Counted from the first letter of the stretch, positions 47,161 to 58,298 are shown. The stretch is 64,000 bases of DNA from Patescibacteria group bacterium (GCA_038064875.1 JBBTSC010000001.1:123004-187003), one strand, 5' to 3'. A program made the numbers and translations. The notes: generated from the letters alone by a model not told the origin.

Positions 47161-48159
47161 ATGAATAGGCTCATGAGTTTTGCTCGATATATCAGACACG
47201 ACATTGCTGTGCAAAAAGACTACCTTGCCAGCTATCTGTTAGCTTTTGCTATTTTGCTTACGACATTCTTTATTGATAATAACCAGGATTCCCACAAAGT
47301 GGACGGTAGCTATTGGATTGCTCCGCTTGAAAATGTTTTCAATGTGAGTTTTCGGAATATTGATATGACGCCTGTGATATTCACATTCGGCATACTTATA
47401 TCGTCCTTTGCGTTTGTGATAGGAGTAATGATCAAGAGGGCAAATATTGAGAAGAACCTTCTGGTCAACCAAATTGAGGTGCAAGAAGCTCGCGATGATC
47501 TTTTAGCTTTGGCTTCACACCAGCTTAGAACTCCAGCCACAGGCGTAAAACAATATCTAGGAATTATCCGTGATGGTATGGCTGGCAATATTTCAGCGAA
47601 GCAGAAAAAACTTGTCGACGAGGCTTATTTTTATAACGAACAACAACTCCGAATAATCAACGACTTTCTTTACATGGCAAAGCTTGATGCGGAACGTGTT
47701 ATCACTCATCCTGCTGAATTTGATCTAATAGAGCTAACAGAAGAAGTAATTAGAAGTTACGAATATATAGCCGAGGAAAAACAAATATCTATTAAGCTCA
47801 AAGCACCAAAGGAGCTTGTTCTGTATTCTGATAAACAATGTCTCAGGATGTGTATAGAAAATATTCTATCTAATGCAATAAAATATACCAATATCAAAGG
47901 TCAAGTAAGCATTACTATATCAAAACAAGACGTCATTGCCGTTATGGTTGTAGAAGATAATGGTGTGGGAATACACCGAAAAGACAGGCGTAAATTATTT
48001 AAAAAATTCTCACGTATAGATAATCCCCTTTCATCCCAAGAAGGCGGATCTGGTATTGGTCTTTATATAGCAAAAAAACTGATTGAGTTAAATCATGGTG
48101 AGATAAGCTACAAACCAACAGTTGACGGGAGTAAATTTACCCTAGAGTTGCCACTGTAA
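47161..48159 (+). CDS. sensor histidine kinase
   Basis: 2 TMs, H-box LASHQLRTPAT, N/G boxes NAIKYT and GGSGIGLYIAKKL. Confidence 0.85.
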   Translation: MNRLMSFARYIRHDIAVQKDYLASYLLAFAILLTTFFIDNNQDSHKVDGSYWIAPLENVFNVSFRNIDMTPVIFTFGILISSFAFVIGVMIKRANIEKNLLVNQIEVQEARDDLLALASHQLRTPATGVKQYLGIIRDGMAGNISAKQKKLVDEAYFYNEQQLRIINDFLYMAKLDAERVITHPAEFDLIELTEEVIRSYEYIAEEKQISIKLKAPKELVLYSDKQCLRMCIENILSNAIKYTNIKGQVSITISKQDVIAVMVVEDNGVGIHRKDRRKLFKKFSRIDNPLSSQEGGSGIGLYIAKKLIELNHGEISYKPTVDGSKFTLELPL

Positions 48160-48207
48160 ATTTTCTTACAAAAGTATCCTCAAATTTAGGTATATAATAA
48201 AATCTTC

Positions 48208-48594
48208 ATGAGGAGTGTAAAAGTTGGCTCAATTTTAGTTGTTGAAGATGATAAATCTCTCAGCGAAGCATACAGTATCATCTTAGGATCTGCTGGCTAT
48301 GAAACTGCGCTTGCTTTTGACGGTGTTGAAGCTCTAAAGTTGCTTGAAAAAGATCAGTACGAATTGATTCTGCTCGATCTCAAGATGCCACACATGGACG
48401 GAGTGCAATTCTTAAAAGAGTATAAAAAACGATACAAAGACCGCCAAACAAAATTGGTGGTTTTTAGTAACTACGATCTACAAAATGAAGTAAAACAAGC
48501 TTACGAACTTGGTATTGATAAGTATTTTTTGAAATCTTGGGCCAGCCCAAACGATCTTTTGAAGATAATAGAAGAAGTTATTGAGCAAAAATAG
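48208..48594 (+). CDS. single-domain (receiver-only) response regulator
   Basis: ILVVEDD and LILLDLKMPHMDG motifs. 128 aa with no output domain. Confidence 0.85.
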   Translation: MRSVKVGSILVVEDDKSLSEAYSIILGSAGYETALAFDGVEALKLLEKDQYELILLDLKMPHMDGVQFLKEYKKRYKDRQTKLVVFSNYDLQNEVKQAYELGIDKYFLKSWASPNDLLKIIEEVIEQK

Positions 48595-49269
48595 CTATTT
48601 TTTGAAATTTATAGAACTGTAAGAATTTGATATTTCTCTACCAACAATACTTACTACTATTTTTTTGTCGATAATGTATTTCTTTTGACGGACTACAATG
48701 AGTGATTCCTTTTTGAGTTTTGACATTTCAGTAGAAACGGTTTCGCGGGTGAGGCCTAAATTTTCTGCAATTGTCTGGTGAGTCATTGGTATTTTTATAG
48801 CGTATAGACTATTTCCAACTTCTTTACCATAGCGGAGGGACAGGAAGTAAAGGAAGTAAATGATCTTGTGTCGGGCTTTGATCTGTTGAAGTGCCATATT
48901 TCTAACTAAGCCCAAATTAGCGATAATATTGAGTTGGTCTAATATCCCGCGCAATACTTCAGGGTTATTTTCTTGTTTTTTAAATTCTTCTTGGAATATT
49001 ACCTCTGCAGAACAGTCTGTCAGTGCTTGGTAGTAAAATCTAATAACTGATGAATAGCCAAATAGCCATCCAACGGCTAAGAACTCGCCTGGTCCACAAA
49101 ATCTGACGATTTGCTCGGTCCCATCTTCGCTGACAGCATATACCTTTATGAATCCGTCATTAATGAAAAAACTGTTCTTTGGTATTTCTCCTAAGAAATA
49201 GAGCATCTGACCCTTTTGGAACCTGTGGGTCCTGGAATTAAATAGTTGTTTTACTTCTTTACTTTCCAC
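48595..49269 (-). CDS. Crp/Fnr-family transcription regulator
   Basis: cNMP-binding beta-roll pattern plus C-terminal HTH THQTIAENLGLTRETVSTEMSKLKK. GTG start is uncertain. Confidence 0.7.
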   Translation of the reverse strand: MESKEVKQLFNSRTHRFQKGQMLYFLGEIPKNSFFINDGFIKVYAVSEDGTEQIVRFCGPGEFLAVGWLFGYSSVIRFYYQALTDCSAEVIFQEEFKKQENNPEVLRGILDQLNIIANLGLVRNMALQQIKARHKIIYFLYFLSLRYGKEVGNSLYAIKIPMTHQTIAENLGLTRETVSTEMSKLKKESLIVVRQKKYIIDKKIVVSIVGREISNSYSSINFKK

Positions 49270-49441
49270 ATCTTAAGATTACCCTAATAATAAGCTATTG
49301 TAAAATGACCATTTGTGCTAGAATAGCTATAACTTAATGATGACTGCTAGAGATATTTAAGTAAGTACAATAAATAACAAATTTCAGATGGGAGCAGTTG
49401 GCTGTTTTAGGCAGGTACCAGAGAAATAACAAAGGAAAATA

Positions 49442-49699
49442 ATGGGAAAAAGATTATTTGTCGGTAGCCTACCATATAAACTAACAGAAGACGAAATGAA
49501 AGATTTCTTCGCTCAAGTTGGCGAAGTTGTATCTGTCAGAATCATCACTGATCGTGACACAGGTCGATCAAAGGGATTCGGTTTCGTTGAAATGGCAGAA
49601 GACTCTGCTGGTGATGCTGCAATAGCTGACCTAAATGGTAAAGAGTTGCTTGGACGACCTATCACTATTAGTGAAGCAAAACCACAACAACCACGTTAA
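49442..49699 (+). CDS. RRM-type RNA-binding protein
   Basis: RNP2 LFVGSL and RNP1 KGFGFVEM. Confidence 0.9.
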   Translation: MGKRLFVGSLPYKLTEDEMKDFFAQVGEVVSVRIITDRDTGRSKGFGFVEMAEDSAGDAAIADLNGKELLGRPITISEAKPQQPR

Positions 49700-49720
49700 T
49701 AAAAGGTATATTAGCTTTAG

Positions 49721-49750
49721 ATAGCCCTAAGTTTTAGGGCTATTTTTATT
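49721..49750 (+). terminator. intrinsic terminator after the RRM gene
   Basis: ATAGCCCTAA-GTT-TTAGGGCTAT followed by TTTTATTTT. Confidence 0.75.
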
Positions 49751-50504
49751 TTGGGAGCCCACCTTTTTCCCATTTTACTGATGTAAAAAATGACTTAAAG
49801 ACTAAATCGTCTAGTGGTGATATGTAGTATTTGGCGATTTCCTCATCGCTTGGGTCTGTGTCTTTAAAATCAACTTGAGGTAGGTCAGATAATATAGCTA
49901 TGGGTGTGCACTCTGCTCCTTCTCCCATGACAGCTACTGCTCCGGCACAGAGACTTCCGGCCATATTTGCCGAGCTAACTTCTAAAGTCCGCCCAAAGAT
50001 ATCTTTTGTTCCAACGTAATCTTTGATTGGATCAAACCCGCTATGCCCTATTGGTATGCCAATAGTTCCCCACCGTGATAGTCCAATTGTGCTATCTGAG
50101 ATAATTACTCCTACATGCTTGAGGTTGAATCTTTGCTTTAGATAAGCTCTAACTTCGTTTGCTGATTTTATTGAATCCTCTGGCCAGAGGACGTAGAGAT
50201 TATCTGTATTTGAAGCATCGACTCCTGACGATGGGATAAGTGTGTTCTTGACTATACTAAAGCTAAAATCTAGACCTGGTTGTCTGAATTTTGGGTCGTA
50301 ATATAGGCTTGCATTGTCTCTAATGAGCTTTTCTCTATCCGTGCCTTCAATAGGAAAGACTCGATTTTCACAAAGAGCAATTATTTTTGACGTTATAACA
50401 ACAATCGTTCGTTCTTCTAGGTCATTGATATGATTGTCTAAGATTTCAAATATTGTTTGTCGGCCTGCCAAAATAGGTTTTGTTGAAACAGCTTTAATAT
50501 TCAT
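49746..50504 (-). CDS. CofE-like (F420-0:gamma-glutamyl ligase family) protein
   Basis: VVITSKIIALCENR and VIISDSTIGLSRWGTIGIPIGHSG match the KxxSKAEGR and DS.GR.WR.G..g.AIG patterns. ATG 50504 lies 11 nt after TGTTATAAT. Confidence 0.65.
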   Translation of the reverse strand: MNIKAVSTKPILAGRQTIFEILDNHINDLEERTIVVITSKIIALCENRVFPIEGTDREKLIRDNASLYYDPKFRQPGLDFSFSIVKNTLIPSSGVDASNTDNLYVLWPEDSIKSANEVRAYLKQRFNLKHVGVIISDSTIGLSRWGTIGIPIGHSGFDPIKDYVGTKDIFGRTLEVSSANMAGSLCAGAVAVMGEGAECTPIAILSDLPQVDFKDTDPSDEEIAKYYISPLDDLVFKSFFTSVKWEKGGLPK

Positions 50505-50527
50505 CAATTATTTATATTATAACAATT

Positions 50528-51382
50528 TCACGGTACAAAGACATCAATCGACAGCATCACACTAAACACTAGTAACACTTTTAACGAGAATAAAAATAAT
50601 GATTTAGCCCAGAGGCTGTTATCTTTTGCTTCGAATCCTTTAATCGCAATCCAGAGCCAGTATAGCCCAACTCCCAACATAACAATAAGATACGTTATGC
50701 CAGCATAGCCTGTGATAAATAGTAATGTAGTGGCACACATAAAGGCTAGTATGTAGAGAAATATCTGAATCTTTGTTTGCTTCATCCCACTTTTGATCGG
50801 CAGTACTGGGATGCTGGCTTTTTTATAATCGTCAATTCTGCGGATAGCAATCGCATAAAAATGAGGCATCTGCCAGAAGACCAAGATCAAAAACAGTAAT
50901 ATTGCGCCAACATCAAGTGAACCGGTCACAGCCGTGTACCCCGCTACAGGTGGTGTAGCACCAGATATGCTACCCACTAGCGTTCCGTGCACGGATCGTC
51001 TTTTAGCTAAGCCGTATAGCACTATATAATCGACAAATCCGATTACGCCTATAATAACCGTAGTCAAATTAGTGTAAATGCTCAGTAGAATAAATCCAGC
51101 TATGCCAATCAGACTTGCATAGATTAGTGCGTTTATGGTTGGAACTGACCGAATTACCAAGGCACGACTCTTGGTTCTAGTCATTTTTTTGTCAATATTT
51201 CTGTCAATATAGTTATTAAAAACACATCCCGAAGCCATGATTAGGGATATGCCAGCTATCGTAGCTAGAAGTAGCCATATATCAATGTTGCCTTTCGATG
51301 CTAGCAAAAACCCTGCTAGAGCAGTGATCGCATTGCCACGAATTATCCCAGGTTTCGTAAGTAAGTAGTATTTTTTGAACAT
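50528..51382 (-). CDS. cyoE: protoheme IX farnesyltransferase (heme O synthase)
   Basis: UbiA-family NNYIDRNIDKKMTRTKSR motif, 8-9 TMs. Confidence 0.9.
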   Translation of the reverse strand: MFKKYYLLTKPGIIRGNAITALAGFLLASKGNIDIWLLLATIAGISLIMASGCVFNNYIDRNIDKKMTRTKSRALVIRSVPTINALIYASLIGIAGFILLSIYTNLTTVIIGVIGFVDYIVLYGLAKRRSVHGTLVGSISGATPPVAGYTAVTGSLDVGAILLFLILVFWQMPHFYAIAIRRIDDYKKASIPVLPIKSGMKQTKIQIFLYILAFMCATTLLFITGYAGITYLIVMLGVGLYWLWIAIKGFEAKDNSLWAKSLFLFSLKVLLVFSVMLSIDVFVP

Positions 51383-51795
51383 TAGTGAGAGGGATGTTCA
51401 GATTTAGTTTGGTCTGTAGTTTCTTGTTGGCTTGGCAGTTCATCTTCTATGATATAGTTGCTGGTCTCTTTAGGATCCTTAGTCTGGTCATGATGATAGT
51501 CGAGATTTGCCATTATCCACAAAGATCCAATAACAACTACTATGACCACCCCGCTCATGAACAAAAATGCTAGTAAGTTCCAGCGCGCATCACCTTTCTT
51601 TTTCAGATGTAGGAAATATATTGCCTGAACTATGAACTGGATTAAAGCCAGACCTATCAACACAGCGATTATAAAATCATGCGAATAATTCTTATGACCT
51701 GAATTTACATGATCTTGTACTAATGCGTATGCGACAAGAGTCAGGACTATCGATAGCACAAAGCCAGTTATATAAGACCTAAGCGTAGCTTTCAT
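51382..51795 (-). CDS. cyoD: cytochrome o ubiquinol oxidase subunit IV
   Basis: 3-TM small subunit in the cyo operon position. 1-nt overlap with cyoE. Confidence 0.75.
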   Translation of the reverse strand: MKATLRSYITGFVLSIVLTLVAYALVQDHVNSGHKNYSHDFIIAVLIGLALIQFIVQAIYFLHLKKKGDARWNLLAFLFMSGVVIVVVIGSLWIMANLDYHHDQTKDPKETSNYIIEDELPSQQETTDQTKSEHPSH

Positions 51796-51796
51796 A

Positions 51797-52375
51797 CTAT
51801 AGCGCTCCTATCATGTAGACAATGGTAAATATAAATATCCAGACAATATCAAGAAAATGCCAGAAAAGACTCAGCATGGTTAGTCTGCGTAGATTGACGT
51901 TACTAATCCCTGTTCGCAAGATTCGCCATATAAGTAGCATGATCCAGATAAGCCCGGCGGTGATGTGGAGTCCGTGTGTCCCGACTAATGTAAAGAACGC
52001 TGACAAAAACGCACTGGCTTGCCAATCGTGTCCTTCAGCCACCAAGTTGCCAAATTCATATAGTTCCATGCTGAGGAAAGCAAGACCGAGCAAGAGTGTA
52101 ATTGCTAACCATGCCCCAACTCTTTTTTTATCGCCCTTGTGAGCAGCCAGCATTGCTAGTCCACATGTAAAACTACTGGTTAGCAGTATTAATGTTTCTG
52201 TCAATACAAATGGCAAGCTAAATAATTCTGCGCTATCTGGCCCGCTATTGGTGTTGTTCCGAAGAATCATGAACGTAGCGAACAAACTAGCAAAAAGCAC
52301 ACAGTCTGTCATTATGTATATCCAGAATCCAAAGATTGTTTTTTGGCTATTTTTATCTAATACGGTCGTGGTCAT
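51797..52375 (-). CDS. cyoC: cytochrome o ubiquinol oxidase subunit III
   Basis: 5-TM subunit III pattern ([13 protein letters not shown]). Confidence 0.85.
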   Translation of the reverse strand: MTTTVLDKNSQKTIFGFWIYIMTDCVLFASLFATFMILRNNTNSGPDSAELFSLPFVLTETLILLTSSFTCGLAMLAAHKGDKKRVGAWLAITLLLGLAFLSMELYEFGNLVAEGHDWQASAFLSAFFTLVGTHGLHITAGLIWIMLLIWRILRTGISNVNLRRLTMLSLFWHFLDIVWIFIFTIVYMIGAL

Positions 52376-54348
52376 ACATTAGCCTTTCCTGTATCCAGTT
52401 TTTCAAGTTCCTTAGCTGGTATGGTGTATTCAGTATCATCGTTCATTGATCTGATGATAAGAGTGGCTATTATACCAAGTGTGCTCAGAGCAGTAGCCCA
52501 ATAAACATGCCATATGGTTGAGAACCCAAATATAAATGCAAATCCTGCCAGATATATACCTACCCCAGTATTCTTCGGCATATGGATGTCTTTGTAGGCA
52601 GGATTTTTGTCTGCAGTACCGTCCCTTTTCATCTCCCAAAATTCATCTCTTCGTGTAACTTTAGGTATAACTGCAAAATTATAAAAAGGCGCCGGAGATT
52701 TAGTAGACCATTCAAGAGTTCTGCCGTCCCAAGGGTCACCTGTTTTATCTAAGTTATTTCTCTTGTCTCTAAAGCTAACTACAAATTGAAGCACCTGTAA
52801 CATTACGCCAAGACCTATGATACAAGCACCCAAGCCAGCTACTATGAATAGCCCCTGCCATCCCATAGACGGATCATAGTGATCAAGCCTTCTAGTTGCG
52901 CCCATTATACCCAGTATATAAAGAGGTATGAATGCGACCAAAAATCCGATTATCCAACACCAAGCGGCGTATTTGCCAAGTTTTTCATTGAGGGTGAATC
53001 CAAATATTTTTGGGAACCAATATGTTAGCCCTGCAAAGTAGCCAAAGACCACTCCGCCAATGATCATGTTATGGAAATGTGCAACCAAGAACAGGCTGTT
53101 GTGGACCTGAAAATCTATCGCTGGTACCGCCATCATCACACCGGTAACTCCGCCAATAGTAAATGTCGTGACGAATCCAAAAAACCAATACATAGGTGAT
53201 GTAAAGCGTATCCTACCTCGGTACATCGTAAAGAGCCAATTAAAGACCTTTACCCCAGTCGGCACTGCTATTATCATCGTCATGATACCAAAGAACGCAT
53301 TAACATTTGCCCCTGCACCCATAGTAAAGAAGTGGTGCAACCAGACAAGGTATGACAGCACAGTTATTGCTAAGATCGCCCAGACCATAGATTTATATCC
53401 AAAGAGTTTCTTGCGTGAAAAAGTCGCAACAATTTCAGAGAATATACCAAATGCTGGCAGTATCAAAATATAGACTTCAGGGTGCCCCCATGCCCATATC
53501 AAATTGATATACATCATTGGGTTCCCTCCGCCGTCTGCCGTAAAGAAATGCATCCCCATTGTTCTATCAAGTGCCAGCATGGCGAGTGTAGCGGTTAGTA
53601 CAGGAAAAGCAAATATAACGAGTGACATGCTACCAACGACACTCCAGCAGAATACAGGCATTTTCATAAGGCTCATACCTGGTGCGCGCATCTTGAGGAT
53701 TGTCACCAGGAAGTTTATGCCGGATAGCAAGCTACCAATTCCAGCTATCTGTATGCTCCATATCCAATAATCTACTCCAACACCTGGACTGTACTGTGTT
53801 TCTGATAGTGGCGGATATGCTAGCCAACCGGTTGCTGCGAATTCCCCACCGATAGCTAGAGCTAGATTGATGAGTAATGCTCCTGCAACAAAGAGCCAAA
53901 AGCTAGCAGAATTCAGAACCGGAAAGGCTACGTCCCTTGCTCCTATTTGCAGGGGTACAACTAGGTTGATGAGCCCAAACATTAGGCCCATAGCAACAAA
54001 GAAAATCATGATTGTCCCATGCGCCGTAAATACTTGCTGGAAAGTATCTGAAGATACAATTCCTTCAGAATCACCTACGGAGATTGCTTGTTGGATACGC
54101 ATCATTATCGCATCGGCAAAGCCTCTTATGAGCATCAGCACCGCAACTATGATATACATAACACCTATTTTTTTTGGGTCTGTAGTGGTCAACCATTCTT
54201 TCCAGAGCCAAGTCCAGCGTTTGAAATAAAAGAGCGCTCCGGCAATAGTAATAACTCCAAATATCATGGTTAGTGTCGCCATAGTTAGTAGTAGATCATC
54301 AAGTGGAAATAACTCTTTTATCTCAGGTAATTTGGCGGAGAGATTCAT
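52372..54348 (-). CDS. cyoB: cytochrome o ubiquinol oxidase subunit I
   Basis: Heme-copper oxidase motifs [14 protein letters not shown] and HFHN. Confidence 0.95.
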   Translation of the reverse strand: MNLSAKLPEIKELFPLDDLLLTMATLTMIFGVITIAGALFYFKRWTWLWKEWLTTTDPKKIGVMYIIVAVLMLIRGFADAIMMRIQQAISVGDSEGIVSSDTFQQVFTAHGTIMIFFVAMGLMFGLINLVVPLQIGARDVAFPVLNSASFWLFVAGALLINLALAIGGEFAATGWLAYPPLSETQYSPGVGVDYWIWSIQIAGIGSLLSGINFLVTILKMRAPGMSLMKMPVFCWSVVGSMSLVIFAFPVLTATLAMLALDRTMGMHFFTADGGGNPMMYINLIWAWGHPEVYILILPAFGIFSEIVATFSRKKLFGYKSMVWAILAITVLSYLVWLHHFFTMGAGANVNAFFGIMTMIIAVPTGVKVFNWLFTMYRGRIRFTSPMYWFFGFVTTFTIGGVTGVMMAVPAIDFQVHNSLFLVAHFHNMIIGGVVFGYFAGLTYWFPKIFGFTLNEKLGKYAAWCWIIGFLVAFIPLYILGIMGATRRLDHYDPSMGWQGLFIVAGLGACIIGLGVMLQVLQFVVSFRDKRNNLDKTGDPWDGRTLEWSTKSPAPFYNFAVIPKVTRRDEFWEMKRDGTADKNPAYKDIHMPKNTGVGIYLAGFAFIFGFSTIWHVYWATALSTLGIIATLIIRSMNDDTEYTIPAKELEKLDTGKANV

Positions 54349-55238
54349 TCTGCGTGACCCCCATGGCGTCCAGAAGCAATATATTTTTTCATAATCATAG
54401 TATACAGCTCAGGATCAACGTCTGAATAAATTGTGGGAGTTTCGTTGGCGCTCGGTTTGACTAGTTCAGTATAAGACGCCTGACTCAAGACATTATTTTT
54501 CAGGTGGCTCTCATCAACCCAACGATCAAAGTCTTCACGAGCTGTTGCTTTTGCCACAAATTTCATACTAGCAAAGCCTTCTCCGCTGATATTGGCAGAA
54601 GATCCATCGTAACTTCCTGTTTCATTTGCTATCAAATTCAAGTGTGTAGACATACCGCTCATTGCATAGATTTGTCCACCAAGTTGAGGAATCCAAAAAG
54701 AATTCATCGGAGCATCTGCAGTTATCTCAAAATTTACAGGTGTATTTACGGGGAACTCAACATAGTTGACTGTCGCAATTCCCTCTTCTGGGTAGATAAA
54801 TAACCATTTCCACTGCAATGCTACCACCTGGATAGTTATTGGTTTTTTATTAGACTCTATCGGTTTAAACGGATCAAGATCATGAGAACTTTTGAAAGTA
54901 ATAATTGACAGCACCAGGATCAATATAATTGGTATCCCCCACCATATTGACTCAAGTATTCGGTTGCCTCCCCATTCAGGAGTATACTTAGCTTTTTTGT
55001 TAGATTCCTTGTATCTCCAGCCGATGAAAAATGTTAGTGCAAATACAGGCAGTACGACAATAGCTGAGAGTAGAGTCGCAAACACTATCAAATCTCGTTG
55101 TTTGCCAGCAATTTCACCTTTAGGATTTAGAATGTCCAAGTTCGCACCGTTTAGGAATACACAAAGAGCTGAGATCACACCAACAACAACCAAACCAAGA
55201 GCTATTAGCCTAATTTTTTTGCTAACCTTTTTTTGCAT
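54345..55238 (-). CDS. cyoA: cytochrome o ubiquinol oxidase subunit II (no CuA ligands)
   Basis: [48 protein letters not shown] is CyoA-like and lacks the CxExC CuA site. Confidence 0.9.
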   Translation of the reverse strand: MQKKVSKKIRLIALGLVVVGVISALCVFLNGANLDILNPKGEIAGKQRDLIVFATLLSAIVVLPVFALTFFIGWRYKESNKKAKYTPEWGGNRILESIWWGIPIILILVLSIITFKSSHDLDPFKPIESNKKPITIQVVALQWKWLFIYPEEGIATVNYVEFPVNTPVNFEITADAPMNSFWIPQLGGQIYAMSGMSTHLNLIANETGSYDGSSANISGEGFASMKFVAKATAREDFDRWVDESHLKNNVLSQASYTELVKPSANETPTIYSDVDPELYTMIMKKYIASGRHGGHAE

Positions 55239-55296
55239 ATACCCTCTATAAACACTATCAGTATACTACTCGAAGTTGTTGATGGGCAAATTGATA

Positions 55297-55563
55297 TCAA
55301 CTATTTTTGAGATACCTGGCTTTAACTTGCTGTTCGTTTATACCATTTATGACATTTGTGAATCCCAGAGACTTTAGGATATTCATGGATACATTTGATC
55401 GGCTACCTGATATGCAATATAGGACTATCTCTGTATCTTTAGGAGTGTTGGCTAATTTTTTTGCACCATCCATTATTTGCTGTGGTGGGATATTTATCGC
55501 ACCATCAACATGACTCTTATCATATTCTTCAGGCTCTCTAACATCCACGAATATTCTGTTCAT
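55297..55563 (-). CDS. single-domain rhodanese-like sulfurtransferase
   Basis: VLYCISGSRS active-site loop. Confidence 0.8.
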   Translation of the reverse strand: MNRIFVDVREPEEYDKSHVDGAINIPPQQIMDGAKKLANTPKDTEIVLYCISGSRSNVSMNILKSLGFTNVINGINEQQVKARYLKNS

Positions 55564-55630
55564 ATTAGTATTATCTCATCACCACTTATCTATTCAAAAT
55601 ACCAGAAAGCAGTGTGCCATAATACATACT

Positions 55631-56275
55631 ATGATAGCGAGAAATGTGCATAAATATATTGGTGCAATTGCTTGGATATCCTCTGTCCAGTACTTCGTTG
55701 TTCAAATAATAGTAGCCAATGCTTGGGTTGATCCTTTTAGTGTAAGGAAAAATCCGATTAGCGATCTTGGCAATACTGTTTGCGGTGAATACTCTGAGAG
55801 GTATGTGTGTTCACCTCTGCATGACTTAATGAATCTATCTTTTGTTCTACTAGGATTTACGATGATAGTTGGCTCAGTTTTTATAGCTAGACAATTCCAT
55901 ATAAAACATGGCATTAGTTCTGGGTTCTCGATGTTAGCTCTTGCTGGTTTTGGAACAATTTTAGTCGGGATGTACCCAGAAAATACTATTGCAAATCTGC
56001 ACATGCTTGGGGCGAGTTTACCCTTTTTGTTAGGTAATATCGCTATGATTATCTTGGCAGATCATCTGAGCCTCCCCAAGAATCTACGAATCTACACTAT
56101 GACTTCCGGTATTGTTGGGCTCAGTGCGTTAGTACTTTTTTTGACCGGTAACTACTTGAGCCTAGGGCATGGTGGTATGGAGCGTTTGGTAGCATATCCT
56201 CAGACAATCTGGATGATAGTTTTTGGAGTTTACCAGGTGAGAAATGCCCCAAAAAATAATATCTATCCCAGGTAA
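55631..56275 (+). CDS. DUF998-family membrane protein
   Basis: ISDLGNT...MNLSFVLLGF pattern, 6 TMs. Confidence 0.6.
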   Translation: MIARNVHKYIGAIAWISSVQYFVVQIIVANAWVDPFSVRKNPISDLGNTVCGEYSERYVCSPLHDLMNLSFVLLGFTMIVGSVFIARQFHIKHGISSGFSMLALAGFGTILVGMYPENTIANLHMLGASLPFLLGNIAMIILADHLSLPKNLRIYTMTSGIVGLSALVLFLTGNYLSLGHGGMERLVAYPQTIWMIVFGVYQVRNAPKNNIYPR

Positions 56276-56323
56276 AGGATTTACAGTTGTTGAATGGGGT
56301 GGGTTGTCTCCACTACGACTTTA

Positions 56324-57922
56324 CTAGCTGAGCTGTACTAGTGATTTTTCTTGTAATTTTTTAACTTCGCCTTTCGGAATGTCTAAGATTTGCGCTGTTG
56401 CAAAGGCCGGTAGCTTGAACATCGCTGTCAACGCTAAGACTCTCCTCTGTCGTGTATCTTCGGTGTCAACAATAGCATTTCTAAATGAGGTACGGTCAAG
56501 TGTGACCTGCTTTGGTTCTTCTGGCTTTTCGCTGGTCTTTACCGCTTTATTAGTGCTATTAGCTTTTCGCGATCGGTGTTGTATTTGCTCATTTAGGCAG
56601 GCCATGTATAGTCTCGCCAAAAGCTGTTTACTGTCAACTCCTGTGTATAGTAACGCGCCGTCACGTATATCTTCGAGGATTCTATTGTTAGTTGCTTCGA
56701 CAATATCTCTAACGGTTTGCTGGTTGAGTGCTCCCGAATCTTGCTCTGCAATATTTGTGGCCTGATCTCGTACTGAATTTATCCACTCTTGGATATCTTT
56801 ACGGTTTTGCCCAGCCCAGTCAAAAGGCTTGACTGGCGTTGGCACTTTCTCTCCAGAATATAGAAGAGGCATAGGTTTTCTTTTCGTGAGTGGTAGTGCT
56901 ACGTATTTACCGCTCAATACGATATTCTCAATTGCAAGTCGACAAACATCGAGCTCACTTAGTACGTAGCGGTGTTCTAATTTTTCACTTGATGAGCCTT
57001 TGGCGCGAGATTTTTTAGGAGTTATCGTTTTTTCAAGCAGAGCACCTTTCCACTCAGGGTCATTGATTTTTTTATTTGCTTCCTCTGGATCTTCAAACTT
57101 TGCTACCTCGTTTGCAACAGCTCGAGTTTGTCTGGTATTAAGATTATTAACAACAGAATAAGCTGCAACAACTTTCTGCATTGCAAAGTCACCGGGCAAA
57201 ACTTTGCCAATCTCATCGAGATGTTTTGGTGGGATTGACTCCATCTTTTTGCTACCTGCTCGTTTTCTTGAGCTTTTCAAAAGAGTGGGATCTACTTTCT
57301 GCGCTGTATTAAGATGGCTCAGAATAGTCCCAACTGTAAGATTCCATTTAGTTGCTTTTGAACGCACTACTTCTTTTATTGCTTCAGCATCTTCCTCTGT
57401 CAACCCAAGTTTAACCCCGGATGAATCTCTCTGTGCAAGTGCAAATGCAGAGCTTACTGATATCTCACCGTCAGCGCCCCACGGTGTTCTCTTCCATGCA
57501 TCCTCTATCCACTCAGCTAGCCTTGGAATTTTAGTGGGTTGGTGAGTTGTTGCGTTCAAAATTCTTGAGTCAATAAGCTCTTCCCAGGTAGCGTTGGTCT
57601 TAATCCTGCAAAGTATATATTCATCTCCATCAGCAGTCTTCCCTGCTGTCCTATGAAATCCGTCAGATATATGAAATTTCTCTTCGCCAGGTATTTCTAC
57701 GATCGCAATGTGCTCTTCTTGCCCGGTAGGGTTATCTTCCCCCATTTGATTTTTCATAGAGATAGCTAAATTTCGGGAATGTTCTTCGTCAATAGGTACA
57801 TCAGATTGATCAATAAGTTCTATTGGTACCAGAGCATCGATCATTCTACCTTCATGAGAGTAAATAATTACTTGGTCAAGTAGAGAAGGTTTAGGCTGGT
57901 TTTCTATTTCTGGAGACGTCAT
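56324..57922 (-). CDS. ParB/sulfiredoxin-fold N-terminal domain protein with C-terminal sigma70-region-4/LuxR-like HTH
   Basis: FHISDGFHRTAG (DGxHR). C-terminal RRVLALTAMFKLPAFATAQILDIPKGEVKKLQEKSLVQL. Confidence 0.6.
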   Translation of the reverse strand: MTSPEIENQPKPSLLDQVIIYSHEGRMIDALVPIELIDQSDVPIDEEHSRNLAISMKNQMGEDNPTGQEEHIAIVEIPGEEKFHISDGFHRTAGKTADGDEYILCRIKTNATWEELIDSRILNATTHQPTKIPRLAEWIEDAWKRTPWGADGEISVSSAFALAQRDSSGVKLGLTEEDAEAIKEVVRSKATKWNLTVGTILSHLNTAQKVDPTLLKSSRKRAGSKKMESIPPKHLDEIGKVLPGDFAMQKVVAAYSVVNNLNTRQTRAVANEVAKFEDPEEANKKINDPEWKGALLEKTITPKKSRAKGSSSEKLEHRYVLSELDVCRLAIENIVLSGKYVALPLTKRKPMPLLYSGEKVPTPVKPFDWAGQNRKDIQEWINSVRDQATNIAEQDSGALNQQTVRDIVEATNNRILEDIRDGALLYTGVDSKQLLARLYMACLNEQIQHRSRKANSTNKAVKTSEKPEEPKQVTLDRTSFRNAIVDTEDTRQRRVLALTAMFKLPAFATAQILDIPKGEVKKLQEKSLVQLS

Positions 57923-57926
57923 GATG

Positions 57927-58238
57927 TTAGTTAAGCTGTTCGTTTGCGCCTTCAGCTAGCAGATCTTCATTTAGTTTTAATTGTCTTTGTTCTCTAAAGT
58001 CTCTAATATACTGTGGAATTTTGCGCCCTAAGCTAATTGCAAAGGAGCCAAATCCAACAGCGAAAGCTCCTAAAAATACTGCTGTTGCTTCCTTACCGTT
58101 TGTTTGTGAACCAGCTATTTCTATAGCTGCAACTCCACTAACGACAGCAGAAACTGCCGACACAGCGACTGCTCCTACGGGCAATGCATATCGTTTTGCG
58201 ATTTCATTATCGGGTAGTGACTTTTCAACTTCAGGCAT
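57927..58238 (-). CDS. small two-TM membrane protein
   Basis: 103 aa, Ala/Gly/Val-rich TMs. Stop lies 4 nt before the ParB-like gene start. Confidence 0.5.
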   Translation of the reverse strand: MPEVEKSLPDNEIAKRYALPVGAVAVSAVSAVVSGVAAIEIAGSQTNGKEATAVFLGAFAVGFGSFAISLGRKIPQYIRDFREQRQLKLNEDLLAEGANEQLN

Positions 58239-58298
58239 ATCGAAATTATTGTACGTTTAATTACATAAATTGTCAATGTGGTGATTTAATATATCAGC

